DNA of 64,000 nucleotides from an uncultured Actinomycetes bacterium (GTDB lineage Bacteria; Actinomycetota; Actinomycetes; S36-B12; CAIYMF01): NCBI GenBank assembly GCA_963697345.1, contig CAVONS010000001.1, positions 15,580 to 79,579 of the forward strand, read 5' to 3'. Shown piece by piece: positions 1 to 8,557 of this stretch (position 1 is its first letter; each line of letters starts with the position of its first letter). The notes under the pieces were generated by a model. It saw only the letters and a program-made list of their open reading frames with translations, ran no database searches and was not told where the DNA came from. The position numbers and the translations under genes were made by a program.

Positions 1-393
1 CATCCCGGCGGGCAGCGTGCCACAAGACGAACCCTCGACGAGTACGCCGCAGGTCAGCAGGCGCACTCCCGCTCGAGCGTCGCGCAAGCGCCCGCCCGGA
101 GCGATCACCGGCCGACCGGAGGCAAACCGCCTCGCCGGGTCCGCGTCAAGCCGCGTCATAGTGGGCGGTGTGCAGCAACCTAGGGCCGGGCACCCTCGGC
201 CGAATGGATACTTCGATCGCCCTGATGCCTGCGCGGTCCGAACCCCCGCCGAGCCGCCATCACGCCGCACTCGTCGTGGCCGCGGGCAACGTCTCGCAAG
301 TTGCCCATCCCAAGCTCGATGGCGCTGCCAGGACCCTCGATGTCGGCACCAACCCAGAGGTCGACCAACGTCCGCAGCCGTTCGCACCAGTCC

Positions 394-429
394 GATGTTG
401 GCAGATGTTGGCAACAATCTGCCAACATC
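394..429. repeat. 10-mer GATGTTGGCA twice in tandem (394-403, 404-413), then a 6-bp spacer and its perfect inverted copy TGCCAACATC (420-429), abutting the left att repeat
   Basis: Read directly from the sequence: gatgttggca gatgttggca acaatc tgccaacatc. It ends 1 bp before the 104-bp direct repeat. Confidence 0.7.
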
Positions 430-430
430 A

Positions 431-534
431 ACGCCAGAGGCCAGTCCTCGGTCTCCCGGGAACTGGCCTCTGACCTGCTACGACATTGGTAGCGGGGGCA
501 GGATTTGAACCTGCGACCTCTGGGTTATGAGCCC
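431..534. repeat. Left copy of a perfect 104-bp direct repeat (island att site). Positions 487-534 duplicate the 3' 48 nt of tRNA-fMet (minus-strand sense); 436-471 duplicate the post-tRNA hairpin.
   Basis: 431-534 is identical to 27643-27746 (offset 27212). The sequences diverge right after gagccc (t at 535 versus a at 27747). Confidence 0.95.
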
Positions 535-685
535 TGCCGGTGCGCATTCTGCGCCCACTCCGCTGTGTGGAGATGACATCAGCGTCGCAGGTCAGCGGCC
601 GGTTGAGTGTTCGTCGTGGTCCGTGCGAGTCCGCACCAGTTCGGCCGGTCCTGCCGACATTCTGCGGACGTTTCGAGGGGTGCCC

Positions 686-775
686 ATGGCGTGGCTGAGG
701 AAGCGCCGCGGCCCTGATGGACGCATCCGCTACCAGGGAAGCTACCGCGATCCCAGCGGCCTCGGCCCCAAGAAG
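686..775 (+). pseudogene. Tyrosine-integrase N-terminal remnant (~25 codons), truncated
   Basis: ATG at 686. MAWLRKRRGPDGRIRYQGSYRDPSG resembles the N-terminus of actinobacterial phage-type integrases. Similarity is lost after ~25 aa, where the convergent AAA+ gene ends (786). No catalytic domain is seen in any frame. Confidence 0.45.
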
Positions 776-785
776 GAGGGACTGG

Positions 786-2225
786 TCAGGCGTCGGACCC
801 CGGTGTTATCCAGGCGGAGAAGTCGGACGCTGTGTAGGTACGGCCCATCTTGCGGAGCTCGTCCCTGGCGGCGACATGGAGCAGGTCCATGGAGAGGACT
901 CCATCTCCCGCTGCGGCGAGGAAAGCGCCATTGACGGCGATGCTGCGGATCTGGCCGCCGGTAAATGGGGGCGTTGCGAGCGCTTCGAAGTCCAGCGAAT
1001 CGAGCCCTTCCAGGCCCTTGGCAGACGGATCGGCCCCGGCCCTGGGGAAGATGCCCTTCCAGATGCTCAGACGCTGCTCCGCGCCAGGGAACGGGAAAGT
1101 GACGATGAAGCGCAGTCGTCGGAGGAACGCGCTGTCCACCGCGCTCTTCCTGTTGGTGGTCAGGATCGCGAGGCCCGAATATGCCTCCATGCGCTGGAGC
1201 AGGTAGCTGACCTCGACGTTGGCGTACCGGACGTGGCTGTCTTGCACTTCGCTGCGCTTGCCGAAGATCGCGTCGGCCTCATCGAAGAGCAGCACGGCAC
1301 TGCTCTCCTCGGCGACGTCGAACACGCGCTTCAGATTCTTCTCAGTCTCACCGATGTACGTGCTGACCAAAGTGCCGAGGTCGATCCGATACAGATCGAG
1401 ATGCAGCTGTTTGGCAAGGGCCTGGGCGGCCATGGTCTTGCCGGTGCCGCTCTCGCCCACGAACAGGGCGGTGACTCCGAGGTAGCCCGGGAGCCGCTGG
1501 CGGAAGCCGTAGTTGTCGTAGACGGTGTCGCGGAGGAGCACCTGGTCGCGTATCTGGACCAGGATGCACTTCTGGTCGTCGGGGAGTTGGACGTCGTCAA
1601 GCCAAGTCTCCCGAACTAGTCGCTGCTCGACTACCGGCGAACTGATCGGCAGCTCGTCAACGTCCCTAGCCTGCACAGGTGACGCGCGCGTGGTGGGCTC
1701 GGAATCGATCAGCACGACGCCGGCCTTGTAGCCCACTGAGAGCTGGAGTGGACCCTGCACGAGGACGGACCAGATCTTGGAGAGCTCCTCCAGACTGAGT
1801 GACGACATGGTGAGACGCACCTGCGCGACTTCGTCCTTCAAGCCGGAGTCGGCCCGAAAGCGCTCAACGCCCGCAACCTCGACCTCCGCGCTGCGGAGCA
1901 CCGGTGAGGTGTGCAGCGAGGTGACCGCCAGATCGAGCATGCGCTGTGGGACGAGGTCGTCTTCATCGCCGGTGAAGCTGAGCAGATAGTGAAGGTCTAG
2001 CGTCGCCGCGGGCCCGTCATCCGAGTCCTTCTGTGGCCGGTTGCGCAGTTGCGGGCCTTCTGAGACGCGGTAGAGGTAGATGGATACCTGGCTCTGCGAC
2101 TGGCCGTCATTCACCTCTGGTCGCCGAGCCACGACTTGCACGGCTGGGAAGTCTGTGCAGATTGCCTCAGTCAGCCGTCGGCGCAGGCCCTCTGTAACGA
2201 CGGCAATAGCACTCTGGCTGGCCAC
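786..2225 (-). CDS. DUF4255 (Pvc16/Afp16 N-domain)-AAA+ ATPase fusion (Afp15/Pvc15-like ATPase module)
   Basis: N-terminal region: AIAVVTEGLRRRL...VSIYLYRV...LDLHYLLSF (DUF4255-like). C-terminal region: Walker A GESGTGKT, Walker B LLFDEAD, and DSHVRYANVEVSYLLQRME...ILTTN...AFLRRL, typical of CIS-associated AAA+ proteins. Start set at GTG 2225 behind an AAGGGAGGGG SD; GTG 2228 and ATG 2291 are alternatives. Confidence 0.88.
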   Translation of the reverse strand: MASQSAIAVVTEGLRRRLTEAICTDFPAVQVVARRPEVNDGQSQSQVSIYLYRVSEGPQLRNRPQKDSDDGPAATLDLHYLLSFTGDEDDLVPQRMLDLAVTSLHTSPVLRSAEVEVAGVERFRADSGLKDEVAQVRLTMSSLSLEELSKIWSVLVQGPLQLSVGYKAGVVLIDSEPTTRASPVQARDVDELPISSPVVEQRLVRETWLDDVQLPDDQKCILVQIRDQVLLRDTVYDNYGFRQRLPGYLGVTALFVGESGTGKTMAAQALAKQLHLDLYRIDLGTLVSTYIGETEKNLKRVFDVAEESSAVLLFDEADAIFGKRSEVQDSHVRYANVEVSYLLQRMEAYSGLAILTTNRKSAVDSAFLRRLRFIVTFPFPGAEQRLSIWKGIFPRAGADPSAKGLEGLDSLDFEALATPPFTGGQIRSIAVNGAFLAAAGDGVLSMDLLHVAARDELRKMGRTYTASDFSAWITPGSDA

Positions 2226-2500
2226 CACCGCCCCTCCCTTGCGCCGACGCAGGTTATCGGTGAGCGGTAGGACCGCCGGATTCCAGAACATGGTAGGCCA
2301 CTCAGGTACGCCACCCGGTGGTGAGCGACATCTCTGGCCGCACGGCCGCCGTGGATGCCGCACGTGTTACCGCCTGATGCGCTGGCGGTAGCCTTCGGTG
2401 TCGCGTTGCGCCTGGGCGGCGCCGTCGATGCTGCGGGGCTGGCCGGGATGTCCTGGTGGTCCGAGCCTCCCTCCGCCTGCCCTGCGCCGCCGGACCGGAA

Positions 2501-3727
2501 TCAGCTCATCATGGCGCTGAGGACTGCGTGCGCCACCTGCGTGCCGGTGACGTCGCTGTGGTCGCTGATGAACGCGTCCGCCCTCAGGTTGGCCACGCGC
2601 CGCGGGGTGAACTGGTAGCTCCCGCCCACGTCGAGCAGCGGTGTGTCGGGGTCGGCTTCGGGGGTCTTCTGCGCACCGTTGCTCCCGATGCCCCCGTAGG
2701 GATCGTCGCTGTCGCCCAGCGCTGCGGCGTTCTGTCTGGCCAGGCGAGAGGCGATGGCGTACGCCAGGCCCACTGCCTTGTCATTGCGGGTGTGCGTGAC
2801 GATCATGGGGCCCGTCAGCCGATCGGGGACGCCTCGGAACGCGCCGTTGCGGCCGCTGCCGTCGAAGTTCGTGGCCATCCCGAAGTGGCTGAAAGCCGCC
2901 TGCAGCAGGCTCAGCGAGTGTACTCGGGCTTGGGTCGTGTGGGCGGCTGCGGTGACGGCGCGACCGCCGAAGGAGTGGCCCACGAGATGCAGGCGGGCGT
3001 CGGGAAGCTCTGCCTGGAGAGCCTCGAGGGTAGTGGCGATGCCGTTGCTGCCCACCTTTCCGGCCCTGTCCTTCATCGTGTAGTAGGTGGTGAGGTTGAG
3101 CAGGTTGCGGGCTGAGCGGAGGAACCCGCTGAGGCTCAACCCGGCCGCGCCGCCACCGGCCGCGCCGACCCCGCTCAGACCTCCGGAGCTGCGAGCGGCG
3201 TCGAACACCTCGTCAGCGCTGCCGTTCCTCAGACTTGCGGGCGGCGGGTCCTCATCGTCGTCGCCAGTCTCCGGAACGAGCCCGCGCAGCAGTTCGAGGT
3301 AGGCCTGCCGCGCCTGGGCCGAGGAGTCCAGCTGGGGGATCAGGTCCACCAGTTGCGTTCGCACGTCGACGTCCTCGATGCGATCGGTGAGCTCGGAGAT
3401 CAGCTCACCGGCCTGGTCGGTCACCCCCGCGCCGCCCCCCGCGATCGAGTTGTCGTCGGCCCACTTGATGGAGGGCCACAGGACGCCGATCAGGGCGATG
3501 GTGCGACCAGCCCCGGCCGGCACGCCCGGCGCGACGGTCGACATGCTCGCCGCGAGGCTCTCGTAGAGGCGCCGCGCGGCCTGCATGTCGTTGTTCCATC
3601 CGTGGACCATCACGAGCACGTCGGTGGCTCCGGCCGCCTTGACGGTCTGGATCGCCGCGGACAGCTCGGCGGGATCGCTCACAGTTCCGTCCGAGCGCAT
3701 CTGGACCTCGGCGTATGGGTACTGCAT
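2501..3727 (-). CDS. Alpha/beta hydrolase (DUF900-like esterase/lipase), no signal peptide
   Basis: VLVMVHGWNNDM...VLWPS...LHLVGHSFGG (GxSxG nucleophile elbow). ATG 3727 preceded by AAGGAGAGG. High GC3. Confidence 0.8.
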   Translation of the reverse strand: MQYPYAEVQMRSDGTVSDPAELSAAIQTVKAAGATDVLVMVHGWNNDMQAARRLYESLAASMSTVAPGVPAGAGRTIALIGVLWPSIKWADDNSIAGGGAGVTDQAGELISELTDRIEDVDVRTQLVDLIPQLDSSAQARQAYLELLRGLVPETGDDDEDPPPASLRNGSADEVFDAARSSGGLSGVGAAGGGAAGLSLSGFLRSARNLLNLTTYYTMKDRAGKVGSNGIATTLEALQAELPDARLHLVGHSFGGRAVTAAAHTTQARVHSLSLLQAAFSHFGMATNFDGSGRNGAFRGVPDRLTGPMIVTHTRNDKAVGLAYAIASRLARQNAAALGDSDDPYGGIGSNGAQKTPEADPDTPLLDVGGSYQFTPRRVANLRADAFISDHSDVTGTQVAHAVLSAMMS

Positions 3728-3746
3728 GTCGTCACCTCTCCTTGGG

Positions 3747-5366
3747 CTAGACGTACTGGATCGCGCGCATCGCATCCACCAGGCCAGCGCCTTGGAACGT
3801 CCGGTGCCTGCCCAGGTCCGTGGAGGTGTCCATGAGGATGCGCTTGACCTCCTCGGGGCGGCCGACGAACTCGCGGTGGACCGAGAGGAACGCTGCGGCG
3901 ACCCCCGAGACGTGGGGCGCTGCCATCGAGGTTCCGCTGTCCTCGACGTAGGTGGCGTCGGGCTCTCGGGTCTGTGCCTGGGCCCGCAGCGCGCCGGCAG
4001 CGGCGCTGACGACGCGTTCGCCTGGGGCGACCAGGTCGGGCTTGAGCCGGCCGTCTCCGGTCGGGCCCTTCGAGGAGAAGTAGGAGATGCCGGTCGTGTG
4101 GGGGCGGGTCGATGTGGAGCCGACCGTGATCGCCCGATCGGCGTTGCCCGGGTCGTTGATCGTCATCGCGAAGGGCAGGCGCATTTGCCGTTCGGCGTCG
4201 TCCAGGGCGTAGCCGTAGCCGGTGTTGCCGGCGGCGACGACGACCAGCACGCCGCTGCGGACGAGGCGGTCGACCTCGCGGCACACGGGGGTCAGCCCTG
4301 TGCCGAACCAGGATGGATCGAACGGATACCCGACGGAGAGGTTGATTCCATGGACCGCCAGGTCTCGGCCATCCGCGTTGAGCTCGGAGATGTACTCCAG
4401 TGCGTTGAGCAGCGCCGCCACGTCGCCGGACCCGTCGGATCGCAGGACCTTGCACGACATGAGCGTCGTCAGCGGGGCCATCCCGGCGATGTGGCCCATC
4501 TCCAGGCGGGAGCCTGACCGGGAGGCGTTCTCGTCCTGGAACCAGGTCGCGGCGATCAGTGGCTCGCCCTCGGGTGCGTGCTGCTCTCCGGCGATGATGC
4601 CGGCCACGTGGGTGCCATGCCCAGCAAGGTCCTCCAACGGGTCCTCACCGGCGATGAAGCTGCGGTGCTCGAGCTTGGCGGGAAGGGTCAGGTTGTGATG
4701 CCTCTCGAAGTGCAGGTGATCCTTCTGGATCCCCGAGTCCAGCACCGCCCAGACGATTCCCGCCCCCTCCGCGGAGAACGACCGCCGGGCGGCATCGGAC
4801 TTCGTGGTGGTGATCGTCCGGTGGATGAGGGTGCCCACCTCGAAGTTCGGCCAGATCCGGTGGATGGCCCACCGGGGGGCGGCGTGGGGTGGGCGGGATC
4901 GCCCCGAGGGGTCCTTGGTGACCGGGGAGCCGTCGGGGGCCAGATCCGGCTGGGCGGCTGGCTTGCGCGCCTCCTGCTGATCCCTGGCGACCAGCGCCCG
5001 GATCTGGCGCGCGGTCAACCCGGCCGCCACATACCTCGAGGATCGTGCCTGGCCGGGACTCCTCGGCGCGCGGGGCGCCACCTCGCCCAGGAACCGCACC
5101 ACATCCTGCACTGCTCCCGATGCCCCAGCGGGATGGGCGGTGCTGACCTCGATGATGACCCCGATCACGTCGCGCGCCTTCGCCCTGCTCATCCGCTCCA
5201 TGAGTGGGCGGGACACAACGGAGTCGGTGACCAGGTCCGGGGAGGTGGGACCCCGCTCGGCCGGCGCGGCCATGCCGTCCGATGCGCCGCGGCCTCGCCC
5301 GGTTCCGCTCGGCCCGCCCCGCGGGGAGCCAGCCGCCGGCTCGCGCGGGATCTCTGTGTGCTCCAT
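3747..5366 (-). CDS. S8 (subtilisin-like) serine peptidase, no signal peptide, G/R/P-rich N-terminus
   Basis: Catalytic triad contexts: AVLDSGI (Asp), GHGTHVAGIIAG (His), GTSMAAPHVSGVAAAF (Ser). ATG 5366 with a GGAGGTG SD. Confidence 0.92.
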   Translation of the reverse strand: MEHTEIPREPAAGSPRGGPSGTGRGRGASDGMAAPAERGPTSPDLVTDSVVSRPLMERMSRAKARDVIGVIIEVSTAHPAGASGAVQDVVRFLGEVAPRAPRSPGQARSSRYVAAGLTARQIRALVARDQQEARKPAAQPDLAPDGSPVTKDPSGRSRPPHAAPRWAIHRIWPNFEVGTLIHRTITTTKSDAARRSFSAEGAGIVWAVLDSGIQKDHLHFERHHNLTLPAKLEHRSFIAGEDPLEDLAGHGTHVAGIIAGEQHAPEGEPLIAATWFQDENASRSGSRLEMGHIAGMAPLTTLMSCKVLRSDGSGDVAALLNALEYISELNADGRDLAVHGINLSVGYPFDPSWFGTGLTPVCREVDRLVRSGVLVVVAAGNTGYGYALDDAERQMRLPFAMTINDPGNADRAITVGSTSTRPHTTGISYFSSKGPTGDGRLKPDLVAPGERVVSAAAGALRAQAQTREPDATYVEDSGTSMAAPHVSGVAAAFLSVHREFVGRPEEVKRILMDTSTDLGRHRTFQGAGLVDAMRAIQYV

Positions 5367-5576
5367 CAGGTGGTCACCTCCAGCGGGACCCAGCTTCCGG
5401 TCTTGACCATAGCCACACCCTGGCCCGCACGGAACCCTGAGCGCTTGGGCGCCCGGGCGGCGCGTCGTCCGGGCGCCGGGACCGGACCTCGTCGGCCTTC
5501 CGATAGTTGCCCGATCACGCTGGCCTGCGCTGGCGGTTCGTCGAGCCAGGCCCCGACCCAGCGGGTCGGGGCCTGA

Positions 5577-7535
5577 TCAGCGGTTCCCGAGCCGACGGCG
5601 TTGCACAAGATCGGGACCGCTCCAGCCGACGACTTCGATCTGAGCACGGCGGTTCGAAGTTGTGATCTGGTGTTCGCCATCGCCCACAGTGAGGGTTTGC
5701 CAAGGATGATGATCTTGGTAGAGGTCAACGCGGTCGAGGCCCGTCGTAGTGAGGGTCAGTCTTCGCGTGGTGCGCTGCACCCGCAGTCTCGAGCGCGGTT
5801 GGGTGGTGAGGCGCTGGGCGCACCAGGCGATCAGGTCGCGGTTGTCGTCGACGAGGTCCTCGCGACTCATGGCATAGGTCGTGGTTCCAGCGACGCCGAG
5901 GTCCTCGAGGGGGACGCCCTCGGCATCCCCGGTGCGGGTGGCGCGGCGCACTGACACAGTGAAGTGCACTCCGTCAGGCAGGTCCGGTAGGGCGTTAGGA
6001 GTGCCGAGGAGCGCCTCGCGAACCAGAGTGTCGCGCCACACGTTTGCCCCGCCCGCGCCGGTGGCCCGGCCCACCGAGATGATGTCGCCGATGCGGTTGT
6101 CGGCGAATCCGGCGGCGAACAGGTCACCGGAGGAGTAGGTGTTCGCGTCGACAACGCAGAGCACGGGACCGCCGTAGTGCTGGCCGAGGTCGTTGCACGC
6201 CTCCGGGTCGGTGATCGGCAGTGGCTGGCTGTAGAGCTCGCCGGTGGAGAGGGCAGCCTGTAGCGAGGGGGCCCACCGTCCAACGCCGAACGGGTCACCA
6301 GGGCGTGCCGCGAGAGCGCGGGTGACGTCCGTGGCTAACCACGAGAATCGCGTCGGGGTGATGTGGTGGGGGGTGAACAGCTGCAGGGTCCGCTCGGCAG
6401 CCCAGATCAGGCCGCCCGGGTTTCCGCGCAGGTCGATGATCAGGCCGAGATCCGGCAGTTGGTCCACCAGATGGACGATCTCCTGCACGAAAGCCTCGTC
6501 GTCGCGGACGTCGAAGCTCCAGATCCGCAGATGTCCGACGGCACCGGACGGGGTCGAGCGGATCCGGGCCTGAAGGACATCGGGCATGGTCGTGTTCAGC
6601 ACTTTGTCCGCAAGTGCGTCGGACTTGCGCGTGCGGCGCACCCGGGCCGGGGGCTCGGCGGATGCGGCGGCCCAAGCCCGGGGGGCGAAGATCAGCAGCT
6701 TCGCCCGCCTCACCGCCTCCGCGGCCGGGTTCACCGCGAGGCTGGCGTGCGTGGCCGGGGGTGCCATGCCGACGCCTCCCCTCTCGCTGCTGGACGCGCC
6801 GACCGCGGTGTGCGCGGTCCCTGGGCTCACCACCCGCCATGGGATGCGCACTTCACGTGGTACGCCCCCGGGAGGCTGGTACCCGACGATCACCCAGTGC
6901 TCGTCGGGGGGCGGGCCGTACTCCAGCGATCGCAGGGTCAGGGTCTCGAGAGCGCGGGCGCGTCTGGTGTCCGGGCGACCCCCTGTCTCGTTGTCGGCCC
7001 ACCTGTCCACGGCTCGATCAAACGAGATCCCGCTCCACGAGAGCAATTCCACCCCAGTGACGAATTCCGGGTCGCCGATCAGGTCTGCTCGGCCGGTGTT
7101 TGACACTACGTAGCGGGGATCGTCCTCTGGGCCGTAGGCCTCCACTAGGAACGGCAGCACGGCGACCCGCCCGGCGAAGCCTCCCGCCCCCTGGTAGCGG
7201 GTGTGCGCGTCGCGCAGCCCGGTCACGATCTGCCAGAGCTCGCTATGGAAGTCGGTCTCAACCATCGTTGCGCAGCCTTCGCGCAGCAGACGCAGTCGCT
7301 GCACCGGGTCGACGCCGTATCGGGCCCTCTTCAGTGGCAGGTGGGTGTAGAGGCCCTCGAGGACCAGCAGCAGTGCCTCCACGACCCGCGTCTGGTCGTC
7401 GGGCGTCAGCGCCGCAGGCGCCGACCCGGACCCGGGCAGCACGGCGTCAGCCCGCGTGTTGCGCCCCTGCGAGGTGCTGAGCAGGTCGGCCAGCAGGACG
7501 CCGTCCTGTCGGCGATGTGCTTCGTCGGCGAGCAC
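5577..7535 (-). CDS. S41 family (tail-specific/C-terminal processing type) peptidase, no signal peptide
   Basis: IIDLRGNPGGLIW and NTYSSGDLFAAGF motifs. GTG 7535 preceded by GAGGGAGGG. Confidence 0.8.
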   Translation of the reverse strand: MLADEAHRRQDGVLLADLLSTSQGRNTRADAVLPGSGSAPAALTPDDQTRVVEALLLVLEGLYTHLPLKRARYGVDPVQRLRLLREGCATMVETDFHSELWQIVTGLRDAHTRYQGAGGFAGRVAVLPFLVEAYGPEDDPRYVVSNTGRADLIGDPEFVTGVELLSWSGISFDRAVDRWADNETGGRPDTRRARALETLTLRSLEYGPPPDEHWVIVGYQPPGGVPREVRIPWRVVSPGTAHTAVGASSSERGGVGMAPPATHASLAVNPAAEAVRRAKLLIFAPRAWAAASAEPPARVRRTRKSDALADKVLNTTMPDVLQARIRSTPSGAVGHLRIWSFDVRDDEAFVQEIVHLVDQLPDLGLIIDLRGNPGGLIWAAERTLQLFTPHHITPTRFSWLATDVTRALAARPGDPFGVGRWAPSLQAALSTGELYSQPLPITDPEACNDLGQHYGGPVLCVVDANTYSSGDLFAAGFADNRIGDIISVGRATGAGGANVWRDTLVREALLGTPNALPDLPDGVHFTVSVRRATRTGDAEGVPLEDLGVAGTTTYAMSREDLVDDNRDLIAWCAQRLTTQPRSRLRVQRTTRRLTLTTTGLDRVDLYQDHHPWQTLTVGDGEHQITTSNRRAQIEVVGWSGPDLVQRRRLGNR

Positions 7536-7549
7536 TGGAGATCCCTCCC

Positions 7550-7984
7550 TCAGCTGTTGAAGTCACCCGAGTGGTCGAGCGCCACGGCGTGGGAGCTCCG
7601 CCCGGTGGTGCTGGCGAGCCACCGCGGGCCAGGTGTCAGCCGACCCAGTCGCGGCATGACCGGCGCGCCCGGATTCGAGGGCCTCGCGTTGGGGCCGCCT
7701 CTGACGGGAGTATCCAGAAGGTGCTGCCCAGCCGTTTCCGAGACCCTTGGACCGCTGACCAGCCTCGCCGACCAGGACGCGCCGACGGACCGTCTCATGC
7801 GTGGCTGGTTCTGACCGACGACCAGCGCGCGCGCCGATCCGTCCAGGCGGCCCCGGTGGACGAGCGTGCCCCATTCCAAGCAGAACGAAGTCGCCGAATA
7901 GCCATCCTCTTCCGGGAAGCCCTCGACGAGGGTCTGGTGGGGGGCACGCACGTAGTCCGGGTCGAAACGCAACTGCGCACTCAT
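7550..7984 (-). pseudogene. Uracil-DNA-glycosylase-superfamily-like gene remnant, frameshifted and short
   Basis: MSAQLRFDPDYV...FCLEWGTLVHRGRLDGSARALVVGQNQP is in one frame. The expected continuation ATHETVRRRVLVGEAGQRSKGL is in a second frame (ORF 7563..8051). The remainder is Arg/Ser/Pro-rich out-of-frame text. Confidence 0.35.
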
Positions 7985-8191
7985 GCCATCCCCTTCTGCT
8001 CAGACCCGAGACACCGTTGGCTGCCGCCCGCCGACGCGGATCCGATGGCATTACGCGCTGCCGCTCCGTGCCTTCGGTTGCTGCGCCACCCGCGTCCGAC
8101 GCTCCGATACGCAGGCGTGATCGCTAGCCTGAAGTCGAGCACCACGCGCGCCGGGCTGTCAACAGCGAAGCGCATGGGGCGCCGTTCGAGC

Positions 8192-8557
8192 TCAGCCCAC
8201 CTTGATGAGCGGGACCTCGGCCCGGTCCGGGGCCCCCCGGGTCAGCACGGGATGGCTGGCGGGGGAGAGGAAGTCGCCCACCTCGATCTCCCCGGAGCCG
8301 GTGCAGTCGACGTGGACGAAGACGCTGTAGCTGGCACGTGCGTCGATCAGCCCGATCGGGACGGGGACGTCGACGTCAGCGTCCGCGGCGCCCGCAGCCA
8401 GTGGGACGGCGAGGTCGGCGACGACATCTGCGGCACGATCAGCGATCGACACGTCGCTGACCTGGACCCGGAGCAGCGCGCCGTTCGGTGCTGAGGTTCC
8501 CCGGGGCAGTTGCACGTGGACGTGCACGCTGCGGAGCCGACCCGCCTCATCGGTCAT
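8192..8557 (-). CDS. Small YbaY-like-domain protein (no lipobox or signal peptide), overlaps the ATP-grasp stop by 11 nt
   Basis: LRVQVSDVSIADRAADVVADLAVP...ASYSVFVHVDCTGSGEIEVGDFLS pattern. Strong GC3 bias. Confidence 0.6.
   Translation of the reverse strand: MTDEAGRLRSVHVHVQLPRGTSAPNGALLRVQVSDVSIADRAADVVADLAVPLAAGAADADVDVPVPIGLIDARASYSVFVHVDCTGSGEIEVGDFLSPASHPVLTRGAPDRAEVPLIKVG

Noticed and set aside
1-430. Overlapping ORFs (17..508, 168..473, 180..431, 301..492) at the left edge
   Set aside because: They are mutually overlapping with no motif and mixed codon bias. The region is treated as non-coding flank of the att site.
7981-8175. 64-aa minus-strand ORF considered as a RiPP precursor for the ATP-grasp enzyme
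   Set aside because: Its codon usage is poor for this genome, with many A/T-ending codons such as GCT, GTT, CTA, TAT, GGA, CGA, AAT, CAA and TCT. It has no Thr/Ser-Asp/Glu core-like repeats. It is separated from the ATP-grasp gene by another gene.
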